Assembly: GCA_944386605.1 (NCBI GenBank) | Contig: CALXBS010000005.1 | Span: 1 to 56,360, forward strand | Reading direction: 5' to 3' | Source: an uncultured Clostridia bacterium | GTDB taxonomy: Bacteria; Bacillota; Clostridia; TANB77; CAG-465 | Length of the DNA stretch: 56,360 bases | Program-made: the position numbers and the translations under genes | Notes under the pieces: model-generated | What the model was told of the DNA's origin: nothing | The model's input: only the letters and a program-made list of their open reading frames with translations | The model's database searches: none | Shown here: positions 20,068 through 29,921 of the stretch, in pieces | Position numbering within the stretch: the stretch's first letter is position 1 | Layout of the letters: every line of letters begins with the position of its first letter

Positions 20068-21066
20068 ATGGGAAAAAAAGGTGTGCTCAGTACACTAAGA
20101 TTTTTATTTTTTACAGTTTTTACACTTGCTTTGATTTTCTTAGCAGTTGTAATGACAATTATAAATACTTATAAACCTGCTGTTAGAGCTTATATTAACG
20201 GTAGATTTATAGGATACTTTTCAAATGAACAACAATTTGATGAAGTATATAATGATTTAGTGGCTGAAAAGCAAAACATTGATCCGAATGTAAAAGTTTA
20301 TTTAGAAAGTGAACCTGTATTTGAAACAAGTTATATTAGAGATTCATTACTTTCTGAACAAAACATTTATACAAATTTAAGAGCTGAAATAAAAACAGAG
20401 TTTACACTTTATGATGTAGCCGTTGATGGCGAAACAAAAATGAAATTTACAACACAAGATGAAGCAGAAAATTATGTAGAAAAATTAAAAGCAGAGGTAG
20501 ATACTTTAAATACAGAAGTTATTATTGAAAAAGTAGCAGAGCTTGGAGAAACTACTTCTATTGAAAGAGCAGACGCTATTTTAAAAGATATTGTAGATAG
20601 AAATAAACCAGTTGAAATTCCAGAAGTAGAAGTTCAACCTGTTTATACACCTGTTATTACAACTTATACAGGTCCAACTTATGTTGTTGCAACAGACGAT
20701 GGTATATGGCCAACCGTTTATAGAAGAATTAACTGTGGATATGGTGAATATTATGGTCACCAAGGTATTGACTTAGGTGGTAGTACCGGTACGGATATAT
20801 ACGCCTATAGAACAGGTACAGTTGTATTTGCTGGTTGGGATGCTACAGGTTATGGTAACTGTATTAGAATTAATCATGGTGATGGTATGACCACTTTATA
20901 TGCTCACTGTAGTGCATTATATGTATCTGCAGGAGATGTTGTAACACAAGGTCAAACAATTGCAGCAATTGGTGAAACTGGTTGGGCAACTGGTCCACAC
21001 TTACACTTTGAAATTAGATTAAATGGTATTGCTGTAAACCCATATAGTTATATCATCAATAAATAA
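20068..21066 (+). CDS. M23 family metallopeptidase (membrane-anchored cell-wall hydrolase)
   Basis: N-terminal TM; HQGID (HxxxD), YGN.I.I.H, TLYAH and TGPHLHFE (HxH). Confidence 0.9.
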   Translation: MGKKGVLSTLRFLFFTVFTLALIFLAVVMTIINTYKPAVRAYINGRFIGYFSNEQQFDEVYNDLVAEKQNIDPNVKVYLESEPVFETSYIRDSLLSEQNIYTNLRAEIKTEFTLYDVAVDGETKMKFTTQDEAENYVEKLKAEVDTLNTEVIIEKVAELGETTSIERADAILKDIVDRNKPVEIPEVEVQPVYTPVITTYTGPTYVVATDDGIWPTVYRRINCGYGEYYGHQGIDLGGSTGTDIYAYRTGTVVFAGWDATGYGNCIRINHGDGMTTLYAHCSALYVSAGDVVTQGQTIAAIGETGWATGPHLHFEIRLNGIAVNPYSYIINK

Positions 21067-21082
21067 TTTTAATTAGATAATG

Positions 21083-21165
21083 AATGTAGAAATACATTTA
21101 TAATAGCACCTATGGCTCAGAGTATACATTCCTCATGTTACTTCTTAGCGATAGGCAAGTAAAGA
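21083..21165 (+). promoter_or_regulatory. Probable S15 (rpsO) autoregulatory leader RNA
   Basis: Structured leader directly upstream of rpsO (GAATGTA/TACATTC and CCTAT/ATAGG pairings). S15 leaders are known in Firmicutes; the fold is not verified. Confidence 0.45.
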
Positions 21166-21182
21166 AAAAAGGAGGGAAAAAA

Positions 21183-21446
21183 ATGACAAAAGAAAGAAAA
21201 GCAGAAATCTTATCAACTTATGCTAGAAAAGAAAATGATACTGGATCTGCAGAAGTACAAATTGCACTTTTGACTGAAAGAATCAATGAACTAACTGAGC
21301 ATTTAAAAGTACACAAAAAAGATGATCATTCTAGACGTGGCCTTTTAATTATGGTTGGTAAAAGAAAAAGATTATTAAGATATCTTGAACAAAAAGATGT
21401 TGAAAGATATAGAGAAGTAATTTCTAAACTTGGAATTAGAAAATAA
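21183..21446 (+). CDS. rpsO: 30S ribosomal protein S15
   Basis: [39 protein letters not shown] 21183 behind AGGAGG. Confidence 0.98.
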   Translation: MTKERKAEILSTYARKENDTGSAEVQIALLTERINELTEHLKVHKKDDHSRRGLLIMVGKRKRLLRYLEQKDVERYREVISKLGIRK

Positions 21447-21450
21447 TGAT

Positions 21451-21480
21451 GAGAGTGTCCTAAAAAAGGGCACTTTTTTT
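21451..21480 (+). terminator. Rho-independent terminator
   Basis: AGTGTCC-TAAAAAA-GGGCACT followed by a T-run. Confidence 0.7.
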
Positions 21481-21577
21481 GTATAAAAAGAGAGTTGTAT
21501 AGGAAATCAAATGCATATTTATTGCATATAAAAATACTTTGTGATATAATACATTGGTAAAAAACGGGAGTGATCAT

Positions 21578-22957
21578 ATGGTAGAAGAAAAAAATAGAGT
21601 AGAAATTAAAAAGGTTTATGATACTTATCTTGAAAATGATAATCAAGAAGTTATTGTTTGTGGATGGGTTCGTAATATAAGAGATTCAAAAGTGATTGGA
21701 TTTATAGAATTAAATGATGGTAGTTTTTTTAAACCTGTACAAATTGTTTTGGAACAAGATTTGTCAAATTATAAAGAGATCATTGCTTTAAATATTGGAG
21801 CAAGCATCAAAGTAAGGGGAATTTTAAAGGTAACACCTGAAGCAAAACAACCATTTGAAATAAAGGCAGAAGAAATTGAAATAGCAGGAAAATCTTCTCC
21901 AGAATATCCTTTACAAAATAAAAGACATTCTATGGAATTTTTAAGAGATATTTCTCATTTAAGACCTAGAACCAATACTTTTCTTGCAGTGTTTAGAGTA
22001 AGAAGTGTTATTGCACATGCTATTCATGAGTTTTTTTATCAAAATGGATTTGTTTATGTACATACTCCAATTATTACTTCTTCTGATTGTGAAGGAGCAG
22101 GAGAGATGTTTCGTGTAACTACATTAGAGGATCTAAAACAAGATCCATCTGAGGACTTTTTTGGTAAGAAAACAGGACTTACTGTATCAGGGCAATTATC
22201 AGCAGAATGTTTTGCAACTGCATTTTCAAAAGTGTATACATTTGGTCCAACTTTTAGAGCAGAAAATTCTCATACTGGACGTCATGCAGCAGAGTTTTGG
22301 ATGATTGAACCAGAAATGGCTTTTTGTGATTTAGAAGAAAATATGAATGTGGCTGAAAAAATGATAAAATATATTATTCATGCAGTTTTGACAGAATGTC
22401 CAGAAGAAATTGAATTCTTTAATAAGTTTGTAGATAAAGAGTTAAAAAGTCGTTTGACACATGTTTATGAATCAAGTTTTGAAAGAGTAACTTATAAAGA
22501 AGCTGTAGAATTATTAAAGAAACATAATGATCAATTTGAGTATCCAGTAGATTTTGGAACCGATTTGCAGACAGAGCATGAAAGATATTTAACAGAAGTA
22601 ATTTATAAAAAACCTGTTTTTGTAACAGACTATCCAAAGGAAATTAAAGCTTTCTATATGAAACAAAATGACGATGGTAGAACTGTTAGAGCAGTAGATA
22701 TGTTGGTTCCTGGTATTGGTGAAATTATTGGTGGATCACAAAGAGAAGAAAATTTAGAAAAACTATTAAATAGAATGAAAGAATTAGGTTTAGATGAAAA
22801 AGAATATGATTGGTATCTTGATACAAGACGCTATGGTACTTGTGTACATTCAGGATTTGGACTTGGTTTTGAAAGATTGATTATGTATATGACAGGAATG
22901 TCTAACATACGAGACGTAATACCTTTCCCAAGAACTCCAGGAAATTGCTTATATTAA
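21578..22957 (+). other. asnS: Asparagine--tRNA ligase
   Basis: [54 protein letters not shown] and GFGLGFER. Confidence 0.96.
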
Positions 22958-22977
22958 AATGAAAGGAAGTTTAGCTT

Positions 22978-24726
22978 ATGATAAAATATAGAACACATAC
23001 TTGTAATGAAATAACAGAAGAAGATGTTGGAAAAAAAGTAATATTATCTGGTTTTGTAAAGACCATTCGTGATTTGGGTGGTTGTGTTTTTATTGATTTA
23101 AGAGATCATTATGGAATTACACAATTAACAACAGAAGATGAAAAATTATTAGAACAAATAAAAAGTTTAAAAGTAGAATCTACAATTAGAGTAGAAGGAA
23201 CCATTGTAAAAAGGCCAGAGGACAATATCAATGAAAACTTAAAAACAGGAAAAGTTGAAATAGAAATTGCTTGTTTAGAAGTTTTAAATGATGTATTATT
23301 GCCTCTTCCTTTTGAAGTAGATAAAAGTACAGAGGTAAAAGAAGATTTAAGATTACAATATCGTTTTTTGGATTTAAGAAATGAATCGATTCATCAAAAA
23401 ATTGTTTTTCGTAGTAAAGTGTTAAAGGCACTTAGAGAAAAGATGGATCAAATGGGATTTGTGGAAATACAAACTCCTATTTTAACTTCTTCTTCTCCAG
23501 AAGGTGCAAGGGATTTTTTAATTCCTTCTAGAATTCATCCAGGTGAATTTTATGCACTTCCACAAGCACCACAACAGTTTAAACAACTTTTGATGATTTC
23601 TGGATTTGATAAATATTATCAAATTGCTCCATGTTTTAGAGATGAAGATCCAAGAGCAGATCGATCACCAGGAGAATTTTATCAATTAGACTTTGAAATG
23701 GCGTTTGCAACACAAGAAGAAGTTTTGGCAGTTTTAAAAGAAATTGCAACGGATATTTTTACAAAATTAGGACATGCAAAAGTTTCAGAAGATTCTTTTG
23801 TTGAAATTCCATATAAAGAGGCAATGGAAACCTATGGAACAGATAAACCTGATTTAAGAAATCCATTGGTATTACATGATGTAACAGAATGCTTTGAAGG
23901 ATCTGGTTTTAAAGCTTTTGAAGATAAAACTGTAAAATGTATTGCAATTGATTCAAGTAGTGTAACTAGAAGATTTTTTGATGAAATGGCAGAATATGCA
24001 AAAGATGGTTTAGGATTAAAGGGACTTGCATGGATAAAAATCAATGAGGATGGAAGTGTAGTAGGCCCTATTGCTAAGTTTTTATCAGAAGAGCGTGTTC
24101 AAAAACTTTATGAAATCACACATGCAAAAGAAAATTATGGACTTTTCTTTGTGGCAGATCGTTATGAGAAAGCTTGCAAAGATGCAGGTCTTGTAAGAGA
24201 TGAGTTAGGAAAAAGATTAAACTTGATCGATCCAGATATTTATAAACTTTGTTTTATAGTAGATTTTCCATTCTATGAGAAAAATGATGAAGGAAAAATT
24301 GATTTTGGACATAATCCTTTTTCTATGCCAAAAGGTGGTCTAGAAGCTTTAAAAAATAAAAATCCATTAGATATTGTTGCTTATCAATATGATATGGTAT
24401 GTAATGGATATGAAATTGCTTCTGGTGCTGTTAGAAATCATGATACCAGAATCATGACAAAAGCTTTTGAAATTGCAGGTTATTCAGAGGAAACTGTAAA
24501 AACAAAATTTGGCGCTTTATACAATGCATTTAAATTTGGAGCACCACCACATGCTGGAGCTGCACCTGGTATTGATAGAATCATTATGCTTTTATTAGGT
24601 GAAAATAATATACGTGAAGTAATTGCTTTCCCTAAAAATAGTAAAGCAAGAGATTTGTTAATGGGGGCACCAGCCAAAGTAACAGAAGAACAGTTAAGAG
24701 ATGTTCATATTGCATTAAGAAAATAA
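22978..24726 (+). CDS. aspS: Aspartate--tRNA ligase
   Basis: YRTHTC, RDLGG..FIDLRD, SSPEGARDFL.PSR, LPQAPQQFKQLLM and GAPPHAG.A.GIDR. RDLGG rather than RDHGG suggests a discriminating enzyme, which fits the adjacent asnS. Confidence 0.96.
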   Translation: MIKYRTHTCNEITEEDVGKKVILSGFVKTIRDLGGCVFIDLRDHYGITQLTTEDEKLLEQIKSLKVESTIRVEGTIVKRPEDNINENLKTGKVEIEIACLEVLNDVLLPLPFEVDKSTEVKEDLRLQYRFLDLRNESIHQKIVFRSKVLKALREKMDQMGFVEIQTPILTSSSPEGARDFLIPSRIHPGEFYALPQAPQQFKQLLMISGFDKYYQIAPCFRDEDPRADRSPGEFYQLDFEMAFATQEEVLAVLKEIATDIFTKLGHAKVSEDSFVEIPYKEAMETYGTDKPDLRNPLVLHDVTECFEGSGFKAFEDKTVKCIAIDSSSVTRRFFDEMAEYAKDGLGLKGLAWIKINEDGSVVGPIAKFLSEERVQKLYEITHAKENYGLFFVADRYEKACKDAGLVRDELGKRLNLIDPDIYKLCFIVDFPFYEKNDEGKIDFGHNPFSMPKGGLEALKNKNPLDIVAYQYDMVCNGYEIASGAVRNHDTRIMTKAFEIAGYSEETVKTKFGALYNAFKFGAPPHAGAAPGIDRIIMLLLGENNIREVIAFPKNSKARDLLMGAPAKVTEEQLRDVHIALRK

Positions 24727-24768
24727 TACAAAAGAAAAAAGATTAAAATCATATTAAGGGGGAAGTAT

Positions 24769-25737
24769 ATGAAAATTGCAATTTTAGGTGTGGGAGCATA
24801 TGGTCTTGCACTTGCTAATATTTTTCATGGAAATGGAATGGAAGTGACTCTTTGGTCAAAATTTGAAGAAGAATTTGATATTTTAAATTTAAAAAGAGAA
24901 AATCCTGGAGTATTACCAGGAGTAATCATTCCAGAAGAAATTAAGATAACAACCAATTTGAAAGAGGCAATTACAGATGTAAAGATTATTGTTATTGCTG
25001 TTCCAATGCGTGCTGTAAGATCTGTAGCAAAAGAATTAAAAGATTTGATATTTGATGAACAAATTATATGTATTGTTTCAAAAGGGATTGAGCCTATTTC
25101 TAATAAACTAATGAGTGAGGTTGTATTAGAAGAAACAAAGCATGAAAATATTTGTGTACTATCAGGGCCTTCTTTTGCAAAAGAAATTGCGCATGGTGGA
25201 GGTACAGGCTTTATTGTTGCTTCTTACTTAGATATTACCAATGCAACTGTAAGAAATGCTTTTGAGAATGATCAGATTGTAGTAAGTACTTCTAAAGATT
25301 TATTAGGGGTACAAATTGCAGCAGCTTCTAAAAATGTATTTGCAATTTTCATGGGATATATAGATAGCAAAGGATTAAGTGATTCTACAAGAGCAAGCAT
25401 TTTAACCTGCCTTATCAATGACTTAAGACTGATTATAGAAGTCTTGGGTGGCAAACCTCAAACGGTATTTTCTTATGCTGGAATAGGAGATATGTTACTT
25501 ACTTGTATGAGTCCAACTAGTAGAAATTACACATTTGGAAGCTATATTGGAAAAGGGCTTACAAAAGAAAAGGCTTTAGAAAGAATGGAGACAACTACAG
25601 TAGAAGGGTTATATACATTAGATTCTTTGAAAAAATTATTAAAAGAGAAAGAAATCGATATAAAATCGATTGATCTGTTATATAGTATTTTATATGAAAA
25701 TGAAGAGGTAGAAAATATTTTACAAGAAATTAAATAA
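24769..25737 (+). CDS. gpsA: NAD(P)H-dependent glycerol-3-phosphate dehydrogenase
   Basis: GVGAYG Rossmann motif, SKGIE, LSGPSFA.E, KNV.AI, GIGD..LTC.S..SRN and VEG. Confidence 0.92.
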   Translation: MKIAILGVGAYGLALANIFHGNGMEVTLWSKFEEEFDILNLKRENPGVLPGVIIPEEIKITTNLKEAITDVKIIVIAVPMRAVRSVAKELKDLIFDEQIICIVSKGIEPISNKLMSEVVLEETKHENICVLSGPSFAKEIAHGGGTGFIVASYLDITNATVRNAFENDQIVVSTSKDLLGVQIAAASKNVFAIFMGYIDSKGLSDSTRASILTCLINDLRLIIEVLGGKPQTVFSYAGIGDMLLTCMSPTSRNYTFGSYIGKGLTKEKALERMETTTVEGLYTLDSLKKLLKEKEIDIKSIDLLYSILYENEEVENILQEIK

Positions 25738-25739
25738 CG

Positions 25740-26354
25740 GTGAAGGATATGTTAGAACAAGAAATCATAAGAATGATAAAAGAAGAAGCACTTGAAAATC
25801 ATGTACCAATTATTCAAGATGAATCTTTAGAGTTATTACTTACAATATTAGATATTGCAAAGCCAAATAAAATTTTGGAAATTGGAACTGCAGTGGGTTA
25901 TTCTGCTATTTGCTTTTCTAAATATTTAAGTGGTAAAGAGGCAAAAATAAAAACCATAGAAAAAAATGAAGAAATGTATCAAAAGGCGATTCAAAATATT
26001 CAAAAACTACATCTTGAAGATAAGATAGAAGTAATACATGATGATGCTACAGTTTATTTAGAAGGATTAAAAGAAGATAATACATATGATGTTATATTTA
26101 TTGATGCTGCTAAAGGACAGTATTTAAAATTTTTAAAAGAGGCTATTCGACTTGCAAAAGTTGGTGGAATTATTATTGCAGATAATGTCTTGTTTAAAGG
26201 AAGAGTGTTATCAGATTATAACGAACATAAGCATAGAACAGCTACAAATCGTCTTAGAACTTATTTAAAAATGATTGAAGAAGATGAGAGGCTTCATTCC
26301 ACATTGGTAAAAATTGGGGACGGTATTGCAATTAGTATTGTACAAAATAAATAA
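25740..26354 (+). CDS. Class I SAM-dependent O-methyltransferase (YrrM/TrmR-like)
   Basis: VPII, ILEIGTAVGYSA, FIDAAKGQY, DNVLFKG and GDG motifs. Confidence 0.88.
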   Translation: MKDMLEQEIIRMIKEEALENHVPIIQDESLELLLTILDIAKPNKILEIGTAVGYSAICFSKYLSGKEAKIKTIEKNEEMYQKAIQNIQKLHLEDKIEVIHDDATVYLEGLKEDNTYDVIFIDAAKGQYLKFLKEAIRLAKVGGIIIADNVLFKGRVLSDYNEHKHRTATNRLRTYLKMIEEDERLHSTLVKIGDGIAISIVQNK

Positions 26355-26422
26355 AAGGATATTGTAAAATATGGATATTAATGTTATAATGGCAGTATGT
26401 ATATATTAAGGAGGAATTTGTT

Positions 26423-26848
26423 ATGTATTGTAAAAATTGTGGAAAACAAGTTGAAGGTGAAAAGGAGTATTGTGAAGATTGTGAAAAAGTAATGGCTGAA
26501 AAAGAGCAAACTACAGTGGAAACTCCTGTACAAGAAAATACGACTAACACAGATACAAATACAAAAGTAGAAGGTGAAAAAGCGCCTGAATTAAAATCTA
26601 AAATGGCAGCAGGATTATTTGGTATCTTTTTAGGTGCTTTTGGTGTGCATAACTTTTATTTGGGTTATACTACAAAAGCGATTATTCAGGTAACAGTAAC
26701 TAGTATTGCTTTGTTATTAAGTTGTTGTACTGCTGGACTTACTGCCTTTATTGCTTCAGGAATTGGAATTTGGGGATTAATCGAAGGTATTTTAATTTTA
26801 GCTGGTAGTATTAAAGTAGATGGAAAAGGAAATCCTTTAAAGGATTAA
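26423..26848 (+). CDS. Zinc-ribbon + TM2 domain protein
   Basis: MYCxxCG...CxxC; KSK.AAGLFGIFLG.FGVHNFYLGY; WGLIEGI...DGKG.PL. Confidence 0.88.
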   Translation: MYCKNCGKQVEGEKEYCEDCEKVMAEKEQTTVETPVQENTTNTDTNTKVEGEKAPELKSKMAAGLFGIFLGAFGVHNFYLGYTTKAIIQVTVTSIALLLSCCTAGLTAFIASGIGIWGLIEGILILAGSIKVDGKGNPLKD

Positions 26849-26850
26849 TT

Positions 26851-27273
26851 ATGGAAGAACAAGAGTTAGAGACAAAATATTTTTATATTACAGGAATAGT
26901 ATTAACATGTTTAACTCTTATCACGATTTTAATACTAGTTTGTTTTCATATTAATGTATTAGAAGTAAGTTTTCCTTGTGTTGTTTATCAAAAAACAGGA
27001 CATTATTGTCCTGGATGTGGTGGAACAAGGTCAATTAAGGCTTTGCTACAAGGAGATATTCTTTCTAGTTTAAAATATCATCCTGTTATTGTATATATTT
27101 TAGTACTAGGAGGTATCTTTATGATATCTAATACGTATACGTTAATAAAATATCGTAAATTAGCAGGATTGCAAATGAAACCACTTTATTTGATTCTTGC
27201 TCCTGTTATTATTTTTGTACAATGGATTATCAAAGAAATATTGTTAATATTTTTTAGTATTCATATTATTTAA
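26851..27273 (+). CDS. DUF2752 family membrane protein
   Basis: C...TG.YCPGCGGTR...ALL.GD...S..YHP. Confidence 0.88.
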   Translation: MEEQELETKYFYITGIVLTCLTLITILILVCFHINVLEVSFPCVVYQKTGHYCPGCGGTRSIKALLQGDILSSLKYHPVIVYILVLGGIFMISNTYTLIKYRKLAGLQMKPLYLILAPVIIFVQWIIKEILLIFFSIHII

Positions 27274-27336
27274 TGAAGATTTGCAAAAGAAAAACGAAAG
27301 TGATATAATAAAATTATAGTTTAAGGAGGAATTCAT

Positions 27337-27735
27337 ATGTATTGTAGAGATTGCGGTAAAGAAATCGAAGATGGAAAGGAATATTGTGCAGAATGTGAAG
27401 CAGCAAGAAATACAACACAAGCAACAGGAAATGAAAATGTTGTATCTGGTGATACTACTAGAACTACTAATACAACTACAACCAATACAACAACTTCTGC
27501 AGATACACCAAAATCAAAACTTGCAGCAGGTTTATTTGGTATATTCTTAGGAGCTTTTGGAGTACATAATTTCTATCTTGGATATATAGGAAAAGCAGTT
27601 GCACAGTTATTAATTACTGTATTATCATGTTTTACTTTAGCAGTTGTTTCTGAAATTTGGGGATTAATTGAAGGTATTTTAATTTTATCTGGAAGCATTG
27701 CAGTAGATGGAAAAGGAAATCCTTTAAAAGATTAA
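27337..27735 (+). CDS. Zinc-ribbon + TM2 domain protein (paralog of 26423-26848)
   Basis: Same motifs as the first copy, with a Thr-rich linker. Confidence 0.88.
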   Translation: MYCRDCGKEIEDGKEYCAECEAARNTTQATGNENVVSGDTTRTTNTTTTNTTTSADTPKSKLAAGLFGIFLGAFGVHNFYLGYIGKAVAQLLITVLSCFTLAVVSEIWGLIEGILILSGSIAVDGKGNPLKD

Positions 27736-27750
27736 GGATAAAAAAGAGAG

Positions 27751-27785
27751 TTGGGGTGAATTTAATGTCACCTCAATTTTTTTAG
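27751..27785 (+). repeat. Hairpin repeat, copy 1 (also terminator-like)
   Basis: TTGGGGTGAATTTAATGTCACCTCAATTTTTTTAG, near-identical to 29761-29794. Confidence 0.85.
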
Positions 27786-27873
27786 CAAAACAAAACTTAT
27801 ATAATATTTTGAAAAATTAAGTTTTACTTTACTAGGATACTATGATATAATTATATCTAATTTGGGGATTTAA

Positions 27874-28053
27874 ATGGAAGCAAATTATCCACCATATATA
27901 ATAACAGATAAAACCTTCAGTATTATTTAGGTGGAAGATATAATTAATGGAAAAAACTTGTCATTCGGAGAATAAAAAATATATAAGAATTTAAAGCTAA
28001 AATAAAACTACTTATTCTATTATGAATTTGTGTTTATCTCCATTTTATGATGA
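27874..28053 (+). pseudogene. Heavily deleted Fic-family gene remnant
   Basis: Fragments in order: MEANYPPYIITDK, VEDIINGK(LVI) and FYYEFVFI-[H]PFYD (frameshifted HPFxDGNGR motif). Confidence 0.6.
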
Positions 28054-28217
28054 GAGAAAATAATGGATTTACAATATATGGAGGACTAATAACAAAAGAA
28101 ATAGGGATATATAGTGGAAGAATTAATTCAGAAAGTGATTTGGGATATGTTTGAAAATGGTTTACTTATAGATAGAATTATAAATCAAAATTAATAGTTT
28201 TACAGGAGGGATAGTTT

Positions 28218-29225
28218 ATGAATGATTTAGAATTAAACTTTAATGAAATTATCAATATGGTAGAAACAAGAAGGAATAATGCTTATAAGAAAGTAAATGA
28301 GGAACTAATTTCTTTATATTGGGATTTTGGAAGATATATAAGTGAAAAAGTAAATGATTCTAATTGGGGAGAAAAAATTATTGATAAACTAGTAGATTTT
28401 ATGAAGAGAGAATATCCAACAATGAAAGGATTTAATAGAGCAGGAATATATCGAATGAAACAATTTTATGAAACATATAAAGATAATGAAATTGTCGCTC
28501 CACTGGTGAGACAAATTAGTTGGACACATAATACTATGATATTAGGAGCAACAAATTCAATAGAAGAAAAAGAATTTTATATTAGAATGTGTATAAAAAA
28601 CAATTATTCCAAAAGGGAACTAGATAGACAAATAAAGAGTGGATATTTTCAAAGATATATGTTATCTGATGGAAAAGCAAATCCTAGTTTAACAAAGGCA
28701 GTAGGAGAAGAAGATTATCCAAATACTAAGATATTAGATACATATAGTTTAGAATTTTTAGATTTGCCAAATGAATATTCTGAAAAAGATTTAAAGAAAG
28801 CAATAATTTCTAATATGAAAGATTTTGTATTAGAAATCGGAAAGGATTTTACCTTTGTTGGAGAAGAATATAGAGTTCAGGTTGGAAATCAAGACTTTTA
28901 TATAGATTTACTATTTTATAATAGAGCATTAAGTTGTTTAGTCGCATTTGAATTAAAAATAGGAAATTTTCAGCCAGAGTATATTTCAAAAATGGATTTC
29001 TATTTAGAGGCATTAGATAGACAAGAGAAGAAGGAAAATGAAAACCCAAGTGTTGGAGTAATATTGTGCAGTGGCAAGAACGAGCAAATTGTGGAATATG
29101 CAATGAGCCGAACTATATCTCCAACAATGGTATCACAATATACATTAAAATTAATAGACAAAAAGCTGTTAGAAAATAAACTAAAAGAAATTGCAGAGAT
29201 AGTAGGGGAAAATAATGAAAAATAA
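28218..29225 (+). CDS. YhcG/DUF1016 family PD-(D/E)XK nuclease-domain protein
   Basis: VN.ELI.LYW..G, M.QFY..Y, ISW.HN, Y.LEFL.L, SE.DL, F.LE.G.DF.FVG.EY, IDLLFYNR.L.CLV..ELK and ENPS.G.ILC. Confidence 0.93.
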   Translation: MNDLELNFNEIINMVETRRNNAYKKVNEELISLYWDFGRYISEKVNDSNWGEKIIDKLVDFMKREYPTMKGFNRAGIYRMKQFYETYKDNEIVAPLVRQISWTHNTMILGATNSIEEKEFYIRMCIKNNYSKRELDRQIKSGYFQRYMLSDGKANPSLTKAVGEEDYPNTKILDTYSLEFLDLPNEYSEKDLKKAIISNMKDFVLEIGKDFTFVGEEYRVQVGNQDFYIDLLFYNRALSCLVAFELKIGNFQPEYISKMDFYLEALDRQEKKENENPSVGVILCSGKNEQIVEYAMSRTISPTMVSQYTLKLIDKKLLENKLKEIAEIVGENNEK

Positions 29226-29263
29226 TTGTGATTATAATGTGTAATCTTAGATGAAAAATTTAT

Positions 29264-29335
29264 TTTTTAAATGCTGTTGATGAGATTTTAAGGTACCTAT
29301 CTAATAATTATAATTTGTATATAATAACAAGTGGT
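29264..29335 (+). pseudogene. Short HAD-hydrolase-like remnant
   Basis: Translates as FLNAVDEILRYLSNNYNLYIITSG, resembling the HAD motif II region (..L.YL...Y.L.IITNG). Confidence 0.35.
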
Positions 29336-29360
29336 ACTATTCTCTTATTGATATTATAGA

Positions 29361-29666
29361 AATGATTTTGAACTGTCCGATTTTTTCGGACAGTTCAAAA
29401 TGTTAGCCAAAGATGGAAAAATGAGATTAAAAGTCTGTGCAAATAGAGAAACAGTATTTTGAATTATACAAAGCATACCATCTCCCATGCAGAACCTTTT
29501 AAATTATGATTTGCTAGATTAGTAGAAGAAAGAATACAAGGAATAAATAATCCTGCACTTGCTATTGAAAGAGCAAAAAACATATTTAAAAAAAGGATAT
29601 TCTTAAGAGTGGATTAACACTACTTTACGTTCAATTGATACCAGAAATGAATTAACGAATTATTAG
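29361..29666 (+). pseudogene. Bro-N/phage antirepressor-like pseudogene
   Basis: ELSDFFGQFKMLAKDGKMR...IIQSIPSP/AEPFKL*FARL.EERI...NP.LAIERA/YLKKGYS*EWI...IDTRNELT, with internal stops and frameshifts. Confidence 0.8.
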
Positions 29667-29760
29667 AATTTAATACTCTTCAATATAGACGTTTTTGCGG
29701 TAATCTTAATGGAATATTGAAAAGCTTTTTAGTAAAAATATTGATCAAAAAGAAGCTAAA

Positions 29761-29794
29761 TTGGGGTGAATTTAATGTCACCTTAATTTTTTAG
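29761..29794 (+). repeat. Hairpin repeat, copy 2
   Basis: TTGGGGTGAATTTAATGTCACCTTAATTTTTTAG; differs from copy 1 by one substitution and one T. Confidence 0.85.
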
Positions 29795-29921
29795 TAGATA
29801 TTAAGAAATGATTAAAACAAATTGATAACTTTAATGTGAAAGCATTATCAAAAGAAAAAGAGTGCTGAACAATATTCATTGCAAAGCACTCCTGTCACAT
29901 AAAAACTTTAAACTGATCGTC

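Noticed and set aside
21135..21182. N-terminal extension of rpsO in the ORF track
   Set aside because: The RBS AGGAGG sits before ATG 21183, which gives a normal-length S15; the extension is leader sequence.
21447..21577. T-box leader upstream of asnS-aspS
   Set aside because: The intergenic region is only ~130 nt, holds the rpsO terminator and a promoter, and has no T-box consensus.
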